From: Dicyema japonicum
Lineage: Eukaryota > Animalia > Dicyemida
Length of the DNA: 64,000 nucleotides
NCBI GenBank assembly: GCA_011109175.1
Contig: RDEW01000082.1
Location: forward strand, 62,001 to 126,000
Reading direction: 5' to 3'
Positions 39,907 through 53,420 of the stretch are shown here, in pieces (position 1 is the first letter of the stretch; each line of letters begins with the position of its first letter). The notes beneath the pieces were generated by a model that ran no database searches, was not told where the DNA came from, and saw only the letters and a list, made by a program, of their open reading frames with translations. The translations under genes were made by a program, and so were the position numbers.

Positions 39907-41173
39907 ATGAGTATGCTATACTTTTATATTCTTTTTTTTGACTGTTCAGGTAATGATTGGTTTCATTATGGTAAATCAATTTTAATACTTTTAATAGATA
40001 CAAATGAAATACAGGCTAACTTTGAAGGTCATGGCTATTTTTTCCCTAGCGTTGCAGCTTTTCAAACAAAAATAAAGTATTCATGTAATGATGACTATTA
40101 TTTGGCAATTATTAATAGCCAAGCAGAACTTGAGTTTTTATCTTGTATGGTTTTAGAATTATTAAAATAGCTCTAATAAACAAATGTTTTTGGATAGACG
40201 GACGAATGTTGAATGGTTCATATGTTTTATTTAATGGGTCTTCTATGGTTTGGAATTTTAATTATCATCAAGCCTTATTATACACGTACAAGTGGTTATA
40301 ATCCCAATAAAATATACGGATTTTTTGTAGATCCCTGTTCTAGAGAAATGCGAATTAGAGAATACCACATAGTGATGTTTGTTGCGTGCGAAAAAAGTTT
40401 GATATATTTTTAGTTTCAGATTCCATGATTCCTGGAGCTAAGACTGTTTCAAATGAATTTGGTCACGAAACCCAGAATAAAGGGGTATATCAATACATTG
40501 AAACAGGTTATATTGGTACAATAAGACGTTCACAATATTTTTACTACAATGAGCGCATCTATATGATATTTATGCAATATTTGAATATTACTGAAATTAT
40601 TAATGAATGCAAAAAAGAATATGCTTTACCTGTCTCGATTAATGATCAATTAGAAAATGATTTTGTTCGTGGTATTTTATATAAATATAAACTTAGCAAT
40701 TATATCCGAACGCGTATTTATTAATACATTCGTTGGACTGGGTTATCATAATTGGGATTCTATCAAGGATAAAAAAAAAGTGCTAGACTCTGGAACTCCT
40801 TATGGAGCAGTTATGGACCTTTGTACCGGTAAATGGAAAGCTGTTCTGACACTAGTAAAGGTCATTTCGGACTATGTCAGTCAAGTTTGGTTCTTTGTCA
40901 ATTATTAAAGATCACCCGGAAACATTAAGGCAATTGGAACACTTTTTTGATTTTCGTTTAGATTTTTTGAACACATCGGAGAATACATCTGTATCTGAGT
41001 TTAACAAAAGTAAAAATAATTTAAACAAGGTTTTTAATATTAATATTTAGTTGGTCAAAATTTTCTGTGGAATTTTTTTCTCCAGTTTCGTCTTTCTGTC
41101 GTCGTTTATTTACTTAGTTAATAAAAATTTAAAAAATGACATATTAAACTTAGTTTTCCCAACGAACCAATAA
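39907..41173 (+). CDS. Double C-type-lectin-like type-I membrane protein, paralog 3 (7 introns; small indels in the 3' part, end approximate)
   Basis: Same exon/intron structure and motifs as paralogs 1 and 2 (FEGHGYF..LAIINSQAELEFLS..FWIDG..ACEK..DLCTGKW). Confidence 0.72.
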
Positions 41174-41354
41174 TTATAATTCCTTGATAATCACTTAAAT
41201 AATTCTCGATTCCATGTTAAGTTTTATTTTATTAACAATAAATAGCCCAAATAATTATGTCAGAAAGCACTAAATCAATGAAATAAGTTTCATTCGAATC
41301 ACCTTTTCTTGCATAAAAAATTTCTACGATTGTGGAATCCAATTCTAAACCCCT

Positions 41355-41975
41355 GGAGGCTATTTGGAAATACAATTCTTGTGGACCTATAGATTTCCCG
41401 CAAACGTGCCCATTCCATAACTAGCAAAAACTTGGCGTCTTGATGTTCACCTGTTGTTGTGGTGGCGTTCAGTGCAAGTTCTGCATGGAATTGAACCGTT
41501 CGACTTTCCTCACCTTTCTGCGATCTTCAGAAGGGTGGCCTACCAACTACCCCGTCTTCTCTTTACTACTTCTGTCTAGTGATGTAGAACCTATTCCGGG
41601 ACTCAACTGCACGCTGACTATTCTACAATTAAATGTAAATAGAATCCGCAATATAGTGTTGGATTTACGATCCCTCTTATCCCATTTGAGAATAGAAGTT
41701 CCTATTTCGTCCCCAACACCTTGTTATCTTAAATATTGTGTACTTCGCAGGGACCGATCAAGAAATCTCGGAGGAGGATTATTGACTATCGTTAAGGATG
41801 GGACTTAAATTTACGGATGTCACCCCTTTTGTACCTTCTTTCTGCGAAGGGGATCTTTTTCTGGAACAGATTTCTATTGAAGTCCCGTTTTCTTCTACGA
41901 GATGTTTTACACTATGTAATGTCTATATCCCGCCTCAGGGATCATGTACTACTTCCTACATCCCTGACCTATTTA
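41355..41975 (+). mobile_element. 5' part of an APE-type LINE with a degenerate 2A-like motif (inverted partial copies at 38820-38960 and 39040-39260)
   Basis: LLLLSSDVEPIPG..ILQLNVN..RRDR..GGGLL..NVYIPP are APE endonuclease motifs. Confidence 0.75.
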
Positions 41976-43810
41976 TGACATTACTTCTTATGTCTTTTAA
42001 AACACTGAGGTACCTATAGCTATCATTCCCATCAAGACATTTCACTTCATTCATGGATTCAAGAAAGGTTGCCGAATTCGAAATAATATATCTTTTTCAT
42101 CATTATATCAATCATATCTTCTTTCTCCGCAGATATCTTCATATTATCGCCACATAATAAATAATTTGTTGAATACTTACCACTGGCAAATAGATAATTT
42201 TTAAAACTTATTCTGGATTTTGCACAACGGATCCATTACTAAAGCAAAAAAGTGGAAAAACAGTGAGTCTCCCTGGAGTATTCCACGCTTCAATTCTACT
42301 GTCTAATCCTTTCCATGTTTAAGTTTACGATTATCTCCATTCAGGTAGTTAGACTCTTCACGAAATATCTTATCCAACTTGGAAGCCCCGGGCATTCCAC
42401 ATTGCACAAAAAATCGTGGTAGACTGAATGTTTTCTTAACGTCGATCCAAGTTGAAATAAATTATGCTCTCCTCGATTCATGAATTGTGAGTTTTTTTTT
42501 CTAGTACACTTATTTTGTGAGTAATGCACCTACTCTGGTAAATTCTTCTTTTCATGAGTTCTTATAAGAAGTTTATTTATCATATTTACATATCCTCATT
42601 ACACTGGCCTTTCAAGTCATTAAGGAGAAACAGATTTTCATTAAATACGGCTATCCACTTTTCGGTAGAATATTCTGTTTGTATAATAATTTGAGATGAG
42701 AAAGTTAAGATACTGGAGATCTAGCAAATGTCTTGAGGATCCCCATCTTTTTTTTGAACTCTTGAAATTAATGTGTCCACATGATGTGTGAACATCATCA
42801 ACGGGTCATATGTAACTTTAAGGATTGATGGGTTCTTATTAACTGGGATAAGCTCTCCATTCAAGTTAATTTAGGATCGAAAGATGTATGTTTCTTGTAG
42901 AAGGAGATAATCGCAGTGCTCGACTTACCAGGGGATATTTTCATGTGGTTTTTGAGAAACCATGGGTTCATAATGTCGAGGGTCTTCTGAACCCTTCGTG
43001 CTGCTTCATTATGCATTCCACCATGAACTCTAAAATATAAAAATGCGATCAGCCTCTTTACAAGATTGCACGCGCAGTCGGTTATCGTCGAGAAATGTAA
43101 AGTTTTCTCTTTCTTAAGATCACTTGGGTCAATGACATCGAAAGTGACCTGTAAGCGTCAGGCAATTGTATTACTGTTCCACAAAATTTCTCTGTCAATC
43201 TAAGGAAGGAACGCAAAAAAGAATGTCTGTTTGTGCCAATTTAATCCTCCGATAGTCAATTGAGAGGTTGAGAGGTAGGCGCACCCTCTTCCTTTTTAAT
43301 TATCTTTCATAACGGAAAATCTTCACCAGTGGATTTTGTCAAGGAGAGGGTAGGAAGATTCCTTTCAACAACTGTTTTGTGCCAGAAGGACTCGTTGTCT
43401 GAATTAATTTTATTTTGTGTGGTACACAATAAGGAGTCTACCCAATTTCTTATCATAGAGGTTGGCATCACGTCTCAACACCGTTTGCAGGCTGTGGAGG
43501 TGGAGAAAAAAGGAAGTATGACTTGCTTGCAAACGAGATGGGGCAGATGCTTGGTTGCAAGGTCCTTGTTATTTCTATAGAAATGACGTGGGAAAAAATT
43601 GCAAAAAAGTACCACAAGGGTTATCTGAAGCAGTTGGGGGTAGATAGGAATCTCCAGGCCTATCTACTGTATTAAAGCGGACCCTAGAGAGCATGACAGT
43701 GGAGTTTAGGAGGCAGAGCCCAGAGATCCCATATGGGCAGAGGATTCAATTGGACAAGGCAGAATCGAACTTGCCTGAGGAGGCTGGCGAACAGGCAGGC
43801 GAGGAAGGTT
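41975..43810. mobile_element. Rearranged R2/NeSL-like non-LTR fragments (RT on the minus strand, RLE tail on the plus strand); related to 51620-52290
   Basis: GILQGDSL..FALVMDPL, YRYLSV; FLIIEVGITS..EVEKK..YDLLANE. Confidence 0.65.
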
Positions 43811-43884
43811 GTTGATTATTAAATATTAACTTTTTATTGTTGGTTAAACAAAGTGGGGTTTAAAGTTGATAAAGAAACAAATGT

Positions 43885-44385
43885 TAATTGAGGAATCCTG
43901 CTGTGTAAATGAGTTCCCTTTGGAGTATGGCTACTCCAATCCTTCTTCTAAGCCAGAACTTTTATCGTTGATCCCCTCTTTTCTCCAAGTTCTCGCAAGA
44001 ACTCAGCCGTCATTAAACCAACGGCCCCTGATGACTCGACCGCAACAGGAGTAAAGCAGTACCGGTCTCCGAGGCAATAATATTTTTTGATTTTTAGGGT
44101 TTCAGCTATTGAAACAGCTGCTCCAAATGTCTGAATCGATTAAAGGAGGTTCCAGCTTCGTGTCTCGATCCAAACTCACGGGTTCAAGCTGTGATGGGAA
44201 GCCTGTCTGAACGATAACATCTTTCAGAACGGCGTGACGTGGTACTCTTCCGGAACTTTTCTGCATCAGCAGGACAGCGGGTGTAATTCCTTCGCATCGA
44301 TTATTTTTACGCAGCGGCATCGGTGCTTTTAGCAAACAACTAGTCCTACCTTTTGTCCGAATCCAATCCTCAAAATTCGTAGTCC
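43885..44385 (-). mobile_element. CRE-like 3' fragment (inverted duplicate of 25300-25810)
   Basis: DNA alignment by eye; RHAVLKDVI, LEPVSLDR. Confidence 0.7.
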
Positions 44386-44537
44386 GAATTAGTCCTTTAG
44401 TTAGGGCAAGTTATTCCACCAAACCATGCTACTTAATATTTGTGTCCCCTTGTAGCTTTTGTCTTAGTTCGATAATAAAACTTGAAAAATACTCTCCAAC
44501 GTATTTTTTAAATAAATTAAAGTAATTCAGAAAAAAG

Positions 44538-44608
44538 TGGAGTTACTGGGAATCGAACCCAGGACCTCCCGCATGCTAACAGGCGCTTTACCACTAAGTC
44601 AAATCCCC
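44538..44608 (-). pseudogene. tRNA-Ala(AGC) pseudogene, duplicate of 24789-24860
   Basis: Reverse complement matches the intact tRNA, with substitutions in the acceptor and D stems and a 1-nt deletion in the anticodon stem. Confidence 0.8.
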
Positions 44609-45059
44609 TTTTTGTTAAATCAAAAACGTAGGAAACCCTGGTTATTTTTCAACGTCGACTTTTCTTAAAGCAGACTGGGGACGGATGTGAAGTCTAATTA
44701 TATGTGCATCATGATCTTCAGTCTGAGAGAATTCACACGCTCCACCCTCGTAGAAGGAATGGAAAATCTCCAGGCAGAACAGGCATATTCAATTGTCGGC
44801 GCAATAACTTGGAGAAATAGTTTGCTGATACAAGCAGTAGGAGGGAAGGAGCTCTTCTTTAAGATGGCTTTTAGGAAGTTAAAAATTAAAATATATTTTT
44901 GTAAAATTAAATAAAATTTCTAAATTATTTTAATGATTTTAGTTTAAAACGTTAATTAAAAACCATCCCCAGTAAATCATATTTGTATTCCGCGGAAAAA
45001 AATAAAACTTTACATGAAATCGAGAATTGATTAGTGAATTGAGAAATTATAAATATTGG

Positions 45060-46330
45060 TTAGTGAGGGGAACTACGATTAATATGCCAGATAGATTTTT
45101 TAGAAACAATGTAAAATACCAACGACAGAACGAATAAAATGGAGAAAAAGATTCCACAGAAAATATAGAACAACTTTAACTGATGGTAGTAAATATTAAT
45201 AATAAAAAACCTTTTTTAAATTCTCTTTACTTTTGTTGAACTCATTTAAAGATGTAGGCCTTGATATGTTCAAAAAATCTAATTGAAAAGAAAATTTTTT
45301 CCACACTCGCTTGATTATTTCCGGGTGATCTTTAATAATTGACAAAGAACCAAACTAGACTCACATAATCCGAATTGTTTTTCACTAGGAACAGAAACAG
45401 GTCTCCATTTACCGGTACAAAGGTCCATAACTGCTGGATAAGGAGTTCCAGAGTCTAGCACCATTGATTTAACTTCATCAGATTCCCAATTTTGATAACC
45501 CCTTTCATCTGGAGCTCTAATAAATGAGTTTGCGAACATAATTTCTGATTTTATATTTATAGAATTACTGCGAACAAAATCATTTTCTAATTGATTTTTA
45601 ATCCATAAAAGAGAAGCATAGTTTTTTTTGCATTCTTCGATTATTTCATTAATATTATCATGTTTCATTATTTTCATATAGATGTTGCCATTGTAGTAAA
45701 AATATTGTACTCATAGGCTTGTACTATATAACCTGTTTCAATGTATGAATTTTAGCCTTTTTATTGGTTGTGTGAGCAAAATTAGCCGCATTGGAAGTGT
45801 TAGCTCTAGGAATACTGGTATCTGAAACTAAAAATATTTCATACTCTTTTCGCACACTATAAACATATGATTATGGTAGTCTTGAACTCGCATTTCTTCA
45901 GAACAGGGATCTACAAAAAATCCGTTTGTGTTATTGGGATTATAATCACTTGCGCGTGTATAATAAAGCTTGGTGATAATTAAAATTTTTAACCATAGGA
46001 GATCCATCAAATAAAACATATGTACCATTAAATATTTGTCCGTCTACCCAAAAAAGTTTGTTTATTAGAGCTATTTTAATAATTCTAAATCCATACAAGA
46101 TAAAAACTCAAGTTCAGCTTGGCTATTAATGATCGCAATATAATATTCATGTGAAACACAATATGACCTTGATCGTTTTTGATTAGCTACAACGTTAGAA
46201 AGTAAATAGCCATGATCTTCAAAGTTCACCTCTATATTATTTTTTTCTATTAAAATGTCAAAATTGATTTACCAAAATAAATCGTGTTATAACCCGAACA
46301 GTCAAAAAAGAGAATATATAAGTATAACAT
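45060..46330 (-). CDS. Double C-type-lectin-like type-I membrane protein, paralog 4 (frameshifts near 45710-45750; possibly a pseudogene)
   Basis: Same intron positions and motifs (FEDHGYL..IAIINSQAELEFLS..VCEK..DLCTGKWRPV..FGLCES) and a C-terminal TM segment. Confidence 0.65.
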
Positions 46331-47610
46331 TATCACTGTGAAGCGAAATCTTATTTATTGTCGTGAATTTAAAAAAATGTGCCAAATTTCAGGAATTATC
46401 TTAGTTCGTTCACATTATAAAATTGACTGGTCTTTTGATTGACAGGACAGATCTCTTGACTTACATAATTGAAATCATTGAGTCGATTGGGAAGTCCACC
46501 AGTTAAGCACCAGATAAATAAGCGTGAACGACGAGTGGCCTATATTTTACAAAATATGGTTTTATCTAAGATATATAATGTTGCGAATTAGTTTCGCCCA
46601 AAGAATCAATTCCCATAAGAATTCCTTAAGAAATAAGTGTATTAATACAAAAAATCGACTTTATGGATGTAAAGATTACGGGAAAATGAGTAACAGTATC
46701 TTTGATCATTGGATCTCGAGTAATCTGCATCTCTTCGATATTGTCAATAATTTAATTGTTTCTTTGAAACTGAGTGGATGTCTTGACTGGTTTGCGTCAT
46801 AAAAAAAATTCCTAAAAGTAAATGTAACCTTATTCTTGCGAGTTCAACTACAAATATTCTAAAAGTAGCCACAACCTAGTTAATGGTCAAGAAGATGTCA
46901 GAGGTTATGATGTAATTCTTGTAAAAAATGTATGATGATTACGACAATCAATTGCAATAAATTGTTTTTATTAAAGAAAGAAAAAAGAGTTATCGGTTAT
47001 ATAGCGTCTGCCCCAATAAGTTCTTCTATTAATTGGCGCGTTTTGTTGTGGACGGTCGTTGTTGTGAAAAAAGCTCCTGAAAAGAATGTTCCCACTTCAA
47101 AGAAAAGGTACCAGCCAAGTCAACTGAGATGTGTTCGTCTTGTCGGCTTGTCAGATTTCAGAAGCGTGGGATCTCCTGCTCTGCTTGTGGAGATTTCTTC
47201 CACCTCGGATGTATTAAGCTATTCCAAGCTGCAGCGAGTGGGCTGGAGTATGGCACTGCCAGTCATGCCTTGGCCTATGCAGGGAGGTTCCTCCAATATT
47301 AACTTGCCAATATTAACTCTCCCGTAAATTGCCCATCAACCACGGACCATGAAACATTCCTACGTCTCATATCTGAATTACGTTCTTTACGGACTATCCA
47401 TGTGAGGATTCCCAAGGCCGCTGCTGATGACCTTTCCAAAAACAATCGAAGATTCCTTCTGGACTAACGCAGTACATGATTGGATGGGCTTATTTAGTAT
47501 AATGCATCTAATTATGTACTGGGACTTGATCGAGATGATCACGGAAAGGAGTCTCTCGCTACCACCATGAAGACCAACATTCGTTTTTTTTGGGAGATAT
47601 TTACATCCCA

Positions 47611-49326
47611 GGGTAATCGGTAAATTCATCTCGAGGTAAATTTATCGCCGGTAAATTCATCGCCGGAAAATTCATCGCTCGTAAATTCATCGCGAGGTAA
47701 ATTCATCCCTGTTAAATCAAGGAACCACGTGGGCGGGTTTCTAGATAGAAGAGGTCGAAATTTTGATTTTTTATATTATAGTTAAAATGCGATTTTGGAG
47801 ATTATTCGACGATAGGAGTCACGTGTCCGTGACGGTAGGACCTATGAAAATTGATGAGAGAGGACCTATTTGTTACCTCTCTTCAGAAGTTGACGTAAGC
47901 CTGCAATGTATTATTGGGGGATTAATTTGGTTGTCACAAGCACACGTTCTCTCTTGCGTTCCCTCCTTGTATTAATTACCTATGACTGATTTCGAAAAAG
48001 CAGCTATAAATGTATTTAATATTGTATTTCCTGATGCTATTACGAAGGGCTGTTTCTCTCATTTGTCCCAATCCATATTTAGATGCATCCAATCACAGGG
48101 AATACAATTATGAGATTCAGAATTCGCTTTGAAAATGCGCATGCGGCGCTCGCATTTGTCCCAACATTTCATGTTCATTATTTTGAAAATTTGTGCGATT
48201 ACAACAGTTTCCCAGAATAATCTCAACTTGTACTGGATTATGTAGAAGATATTTAGACCTTTGTTAAGTACGTCGTTGTCCAAGTTTTGCCCATGAATTG
48301 TGGAATTGTTTCGAAGCAGCGAGAGTTGTTGGGCCTAAAACAAATAACTCTTATGAAATGTGGCACCATTCTTTTAATTCTTTAATTGGAGCGTGTCATC
48401 CTACTATTTGGAAGTTTATTGATGTTTTGAAGAAAGAAGAACCAAGAAATGAAATTAAAATTGAACAGTATATTGCTGGTGGGGAAGGTCCTACACAAAA
48501 GTAAAAATACAGAGATAATGCTTTAAGAATTCAACGCATTGTAAATGACTTCGATAATCGCGAAATTCTTGACTATTTAAAAGGCATTGCCTATAATTTA
48601 GCATTTTTGAAATTAACACAATGTTTTTATTAATAATTGTCATAAACTTGTTTTCTAAAAATTATATTATCAATAATATTCATTTAAAGTTTGTTGTTAA
48701 AATTTAACATTATTTGGAGAATTGAAGTTTTCAATTTTTTTCTACCATGGGGATCTGGCCACGTGACTCATATCGTCAAATTAATCTCTAAATCACATTT
48801 TAATGAGTAAGACTCGGAAAACTTGGAATTCGAGACCCTGAGGACCTTTCCGTCCCTTCATACCTATCATCGCTAGTGGGCTGTAACTCCCATGTCAAGA
48901 AGATTCTACACTCTCTACCTGAATTCTCTATTGACAAGGACCCCGGCCATGCTCGTGAGGCCTGGAGCCGAACTTATCAGCTTTCCCTGCCTTCCTTGTT
49001 CTTTCAGCGGGGCTTGGACGATGCTATATGCTGGAATTCTTTCAAAGATTTGCTAGTGTCATCTAGCCGACATCGCCGTGCCTGTTTGTTGTCGGGGGCG
49101 TCTTCCGAGAACGGTGCCTACACCCTCTCTCCTGCAGGAAAAGTGCAGGCAGATTTCCCAGACACATGGCCTTGAACGAAGTCGTTAGGTGAGCTTTGGA
49201 CGCCACCGGACACTTCTCCATGCTCGAACCTGTCGGCCTTTGCAGGCGGGACGGAAAACGACCAGATGGGATGACAATCTTCCCTCTTGTCTGGGACGTT
49301 ACCGGCGATGAATTTACCTAGAACCT
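47611..49326 (+). mobile_element. MULE/Mutator DNA transposon relic with repetitive TIRs; CRE fragment inserted at about 48805-49300
   Basis: MTDFEKAAIN..FP...KGCFSHLSQ and PKTNNSYEMWHHSFN..HPTIWKFI. About 6 tandem GGTAAATTCATCGC units at 47619-47710 and the inverted unit at 49305-49320. Sub-terminal inverted repeat 47783-47826 / 48759-48803. Confidence 0.8.
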
Positions 49327-51619
49327 AATCTGCTGGATATCTATCTTGTTCGACAACCAACGTTCCTTCTGACATTCCTCGACTCCAATCCCATATATGC
49401 GTTGTTTTGTCATATTAAATCCTCCAGGATTGCGGTTATTTCTAATTTAAGGGACGTCTAATGTCCCCCATCGCCTTCTAACACTGGCTTCTGGTCCAAA
49501 AAATATATCTGTGAGAATTGTGCCTATAATCATTAAAATTAATTTTTATCGTTTTTTAGCTTCCATCCTCCTTTTTCTACAAGGCAGTCCGTTGAATAAC
49601 GATCAAATTGTTACTGTATAAACCTGAGCTCTCTTGTTAGGCTTTGGAAAATGTTCACACAACGTCTCATCTTGGGGGAACTTATTTCTTCCTGCGATCT
49701 TCCTCCTCTTAAGATAGAAAATCACCAGTATAAACTCTCCTGTCACAACGTTCACGAAATTAAAGACACACGACACGTTGGTCGTAGTTATTTTTCTCAA
49801 CCCTCCATAATGACCACGTGATATGAATCTCCGTGACATCAATCCACCCTTCCAAGCCCATATTTGAACAAAAAATCTACTTGGAGTGTTTTTCTTGTAG
49901 CAATGTAAAACACACAAAAAATATCTCTTCCACTTAATAGAATTAATCACAGAGTGAGTCTTCAGGCTATGACTGAATACCAGAGTCAAACCGATAAACA
50001 ACTTTTCCGAGAACTAGAGCGACTGGGACAGCTCCAAATTCGTTATAATCATGAGTTTTGTCATTGTTACCACTTTCGACCCTTATGTGACCACGTAGAA
50101 TCCAAAATATATAATCCACCAACCACCAATGTGATATTCTTTTTCTGAAGCAATAATTCGTCTGCACAGAGTTGATGTGTCTACCAGAGATCTCAAGATT
50201 ACAATGTCCCCACTAAGCTCACAAACAGAATATCTCCTCCGTAGAATATTGGCATCATTGCACTACCGGTAAGCTAGAATATGAACTAAATTATGCCAAT
50301 TTTAAACTCCCCACATAATTCAAGAGTCTTGAATGATAAAACCGCTCTAAAAGTATTAATTCAGAGCTTAACATAGTCTCGAATTTATATTTATATTTTT
50401 ATAACGAAATAGATTATTAAAATTAAGATTAATTTAAATGTATTTCAAAGTATAACTATAAAATGAATTTTTTCGCCAAGTCATCTACTCACTGCCTTTG
50501 GTTTTCTACAAACAAAAGGAAAATCATACCTAACTCGGTAACGAAGTTCGTATTCATAATACCATCCCGGAGACTGAACCTTTCATTCACGTCTGAAAAC
50601 GATCCACGACTTAGTTTCCAAAAATCTGACAATCGTCCGCTCTACTTTGACCATCATGCCTCCTTGACGGCCAGAATACGGCTACCTCTTGTCCTGGTCC
50701 GCATCCGAGTTCTGCGCAGCCTGACAGATCACTGGTAGCGTCCGCTCTTGGTTTTTACTTTTTTGTTAGCCACCGGTTTTCTGCAATTCGGTTTTCCACA
50801 CTTTTGGCAGAAGAAACACAGGAAGATTATAACCCCGTGAACACAGGAAGAGGAAAAAGTTATTGTGTAAAGTAAGTGATCCCCGTATCAGTGCAGTGAT
50901 GATAATATTATCCGATTATTTTATTTAATATTTTATTTATTTTATTCAGTGCAGCGATGATAATATTATCCGAATATTTTATTTATTGAATAGGAAAGTA
51001 TAATGCAATTTTCATTTGTGGGTTGCAGCATCAATACATAAGTAGAATAATGCTGGTGAAAGGAAAGAACCTTGAGATACTTCATTGGCAACGGGTCTTT
51101 GCAAAATCCACTTTTCTGAATCTCCCCAGCAGAGCAATTACAGTGGATTGTTATAAACTTTTCTATGGTTTCTTCCACACTCTCGACGTCACTGTATAGT
51201 TTTTTACCGATTTTCTTATCCGCGGATGACAATAATTGTATTCCTAGCGAATTCATTGTACATTGTGGTCTTCTTTTCCTTTACTAGATCACTAATCTGT
51301 TAAGAAAACGTTTAAAATCGAATCAATGTTCGCAGGATAAATCTCTGTCTGTGATAAACAAGTAAATCAATGATCTCATCCACAAACACAAGACTAAAGA
51401 ATGGGACGATACTTAAGTATCTGGAAGAGTTAAAGATTCAAATCAAAAGTGTCCGCCTGTTTCTATAGGATGCTAGGGCTCCGACGTGAAAAATCCCTTT
51501 CAGACTGGTCAAAACGGAAGTGTTTACTGCACTGAATACAGCTATTGCAAATTACGTCCAACCATTTATGGATCTTAACGAAATGACCGATATTATCCAC
51601 GCAAAACAAAGGGAATATG

Positions 51620-52290
51620 AAGTTCTAACGTGGAAGTTACCAACATCGAGACTGGGAAAAACTCACAATTCCTGAACCGAGGAGAGCATTCAGTATGGAA
51701 ATAATTTATTTAAACTTGGATGACGTTAAGAAAATATTCATCGATCACGATTTTTTGTGTAATGTATTGGAATGTCCGTACCTTCCAAATTGGATAAGAA
51801 ATTTCGTGAAAAGTCTGACTACCTGAATGGAGAGAATTTTAAACTTAAACATGGAGAGGATTGGGACAGTAGAATTGAAGGGTGGAATACTCCAGGGAGA
51901 CTTACTGTCTTCCCATTTTTTGCTTTAGTAATAGATTCGTCAGCAAAATCGTGAATAAGTTTCAAAAATTATTTATTTGCCAGTGGAAGTATTCAGCAAA
52001 CCATTGATTTGTATCGATGATATGAAGATGCTGCAAAGAAAGAAGATACAATGGTTAGAATGATGGAAGAGATAGATTATTTCAAAGTCGGTAACCAATC
52101 TTGAATCCATGAATGAAGTGAAATGTATGGATGGGAATGAAAGCTATAGGTACCTCTGTGTTTTAGAGGACATAGGAAGTTATGTCATAAAGTCTTGAAC
52201 ACTATTGCTGAAAATGTGAGAAAGAAATACAAAGTTCAATGCTGTAAACCTGTTTAAAGCCATAAATGAATATGCATTGTCTCTCTATCG
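51620..52290 (+). mobile_element. R2/NeSL-like RT fragment
   Basis: GILQGDL, FALVID, HLICIDDMK, NLFKAINEYALS; inverted homology to 41975-42330. Confidence 0.6.
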
Positions 52291-52559
52291 AGGCGACTGG
52301 AAGAGCGGGCAACTCATTATATTGGCGAAGCGGCGAACCCACAGCCCAAAAGGAGTGAAAGTCAGGTGGATGGCTGTTGAAGATCTTGGTAAAAGAAGAA
52401 GGATGTGTTACTAATAAGCCAAAAATCATTAGGTAAACGCCATCAGGTGACCCTGGTTTCTCTCACCAATATTCTCATCTTTTTTCGGTGTTGTCTCGGG
52501 AACCGACACATTTTCGACAGCACCGTTCTTGTGGAGGTTTTCCATTTTGGCTGAATACA

Positions 52560-52910
52560 CCGTCCGACCTCTACACAAGGACCTCAAATGTGGTTGCCCT
52601 TATTGGTAGTCCTGTGATTCGAGAGATTGTATTGGTCATAGTGGATTGAGCGGAGTTGATTTTATCCATGTTTGTTCTGGCAAATTTTGTCCCCAAAGTT
52701 GCACATCCATAACTTATAGTTGGCTCGATAAATTGGGTGTACAACGTGAACAGTAACCGGTTTGAGGATTTTGAGACGAGCACCATCACGAAGATAAGCT
52801 TTTGTGCCGAAGACTGATTACGTTTGGCACGTGTGTGCTGAAGGTCATGAGGGTGTCAAATGTTACTCTCAGAATTTTAACTTGTTGCTTGTGTGGGAGA
52901 GTAGTTTCAA
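52560..52910 (-). mobile_element. LINE RT C-terminal fragment related to 27566-28070
   Basis: KILRVTFD..HV, LYTQFIEPTISYGC. Confidence 0.55.
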
Positions 52911-53089
52911 TTTGTTCGTAGCTGTCGTAACATACATTGAGGAAATAAGGCATGGCAAACCTAAGTAAAATGTGATTATCTTTCTACAAAAAATAATCTA
53001 AAAATTTTAAATGGGATTTATTGTGGAAAAGTCATGACAACATTAGGTAAAATGACATAATATTTTGTGGCATGACCCTTGTTAAGAAT

Positions 53090-53420
53090 CACTGCTTTTA
53101 AACGATTTTTATTTCATCAAGCTCCGGGTNAACTCTCAATGACTTGAGGTACAGGAACAAATGTTAGTGCTTGAATACTTTTAATTAAGTTTGCATTTAC
53201 TGGGTCATTATACCATGCCTGCAGTCCTAGATTTTGTATTTTTCGCCATAAACACTGTCCAAAGTGAAAGTAGCATACACAGTTGCATGTGAAAAAATTC
53301 TGTTGATAGCATTGATCGCTGCTCGCTTATAATCTGTGGTAAATGATAGTGGATTCAACAGTGTTGAAAATATTTGTTCATACATTTGTTGAGATTTTCC
53401 TCGACCACTATCGTATAGCA
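53090..53420 (-). mobile_element. MULE transposase fragment
   Basis: PLSFTTDYKRAAINAINRIF..CYFHFGQ; ALTFVP. Confidence 0.6.

Noticed and set aside
50520-50830. Repeat shared with about 53690-53800 considered as a piggyBac cysteine-rich tail
   Set aside because: No convincing Cys pattern or TTAA terminus; left unclassified.
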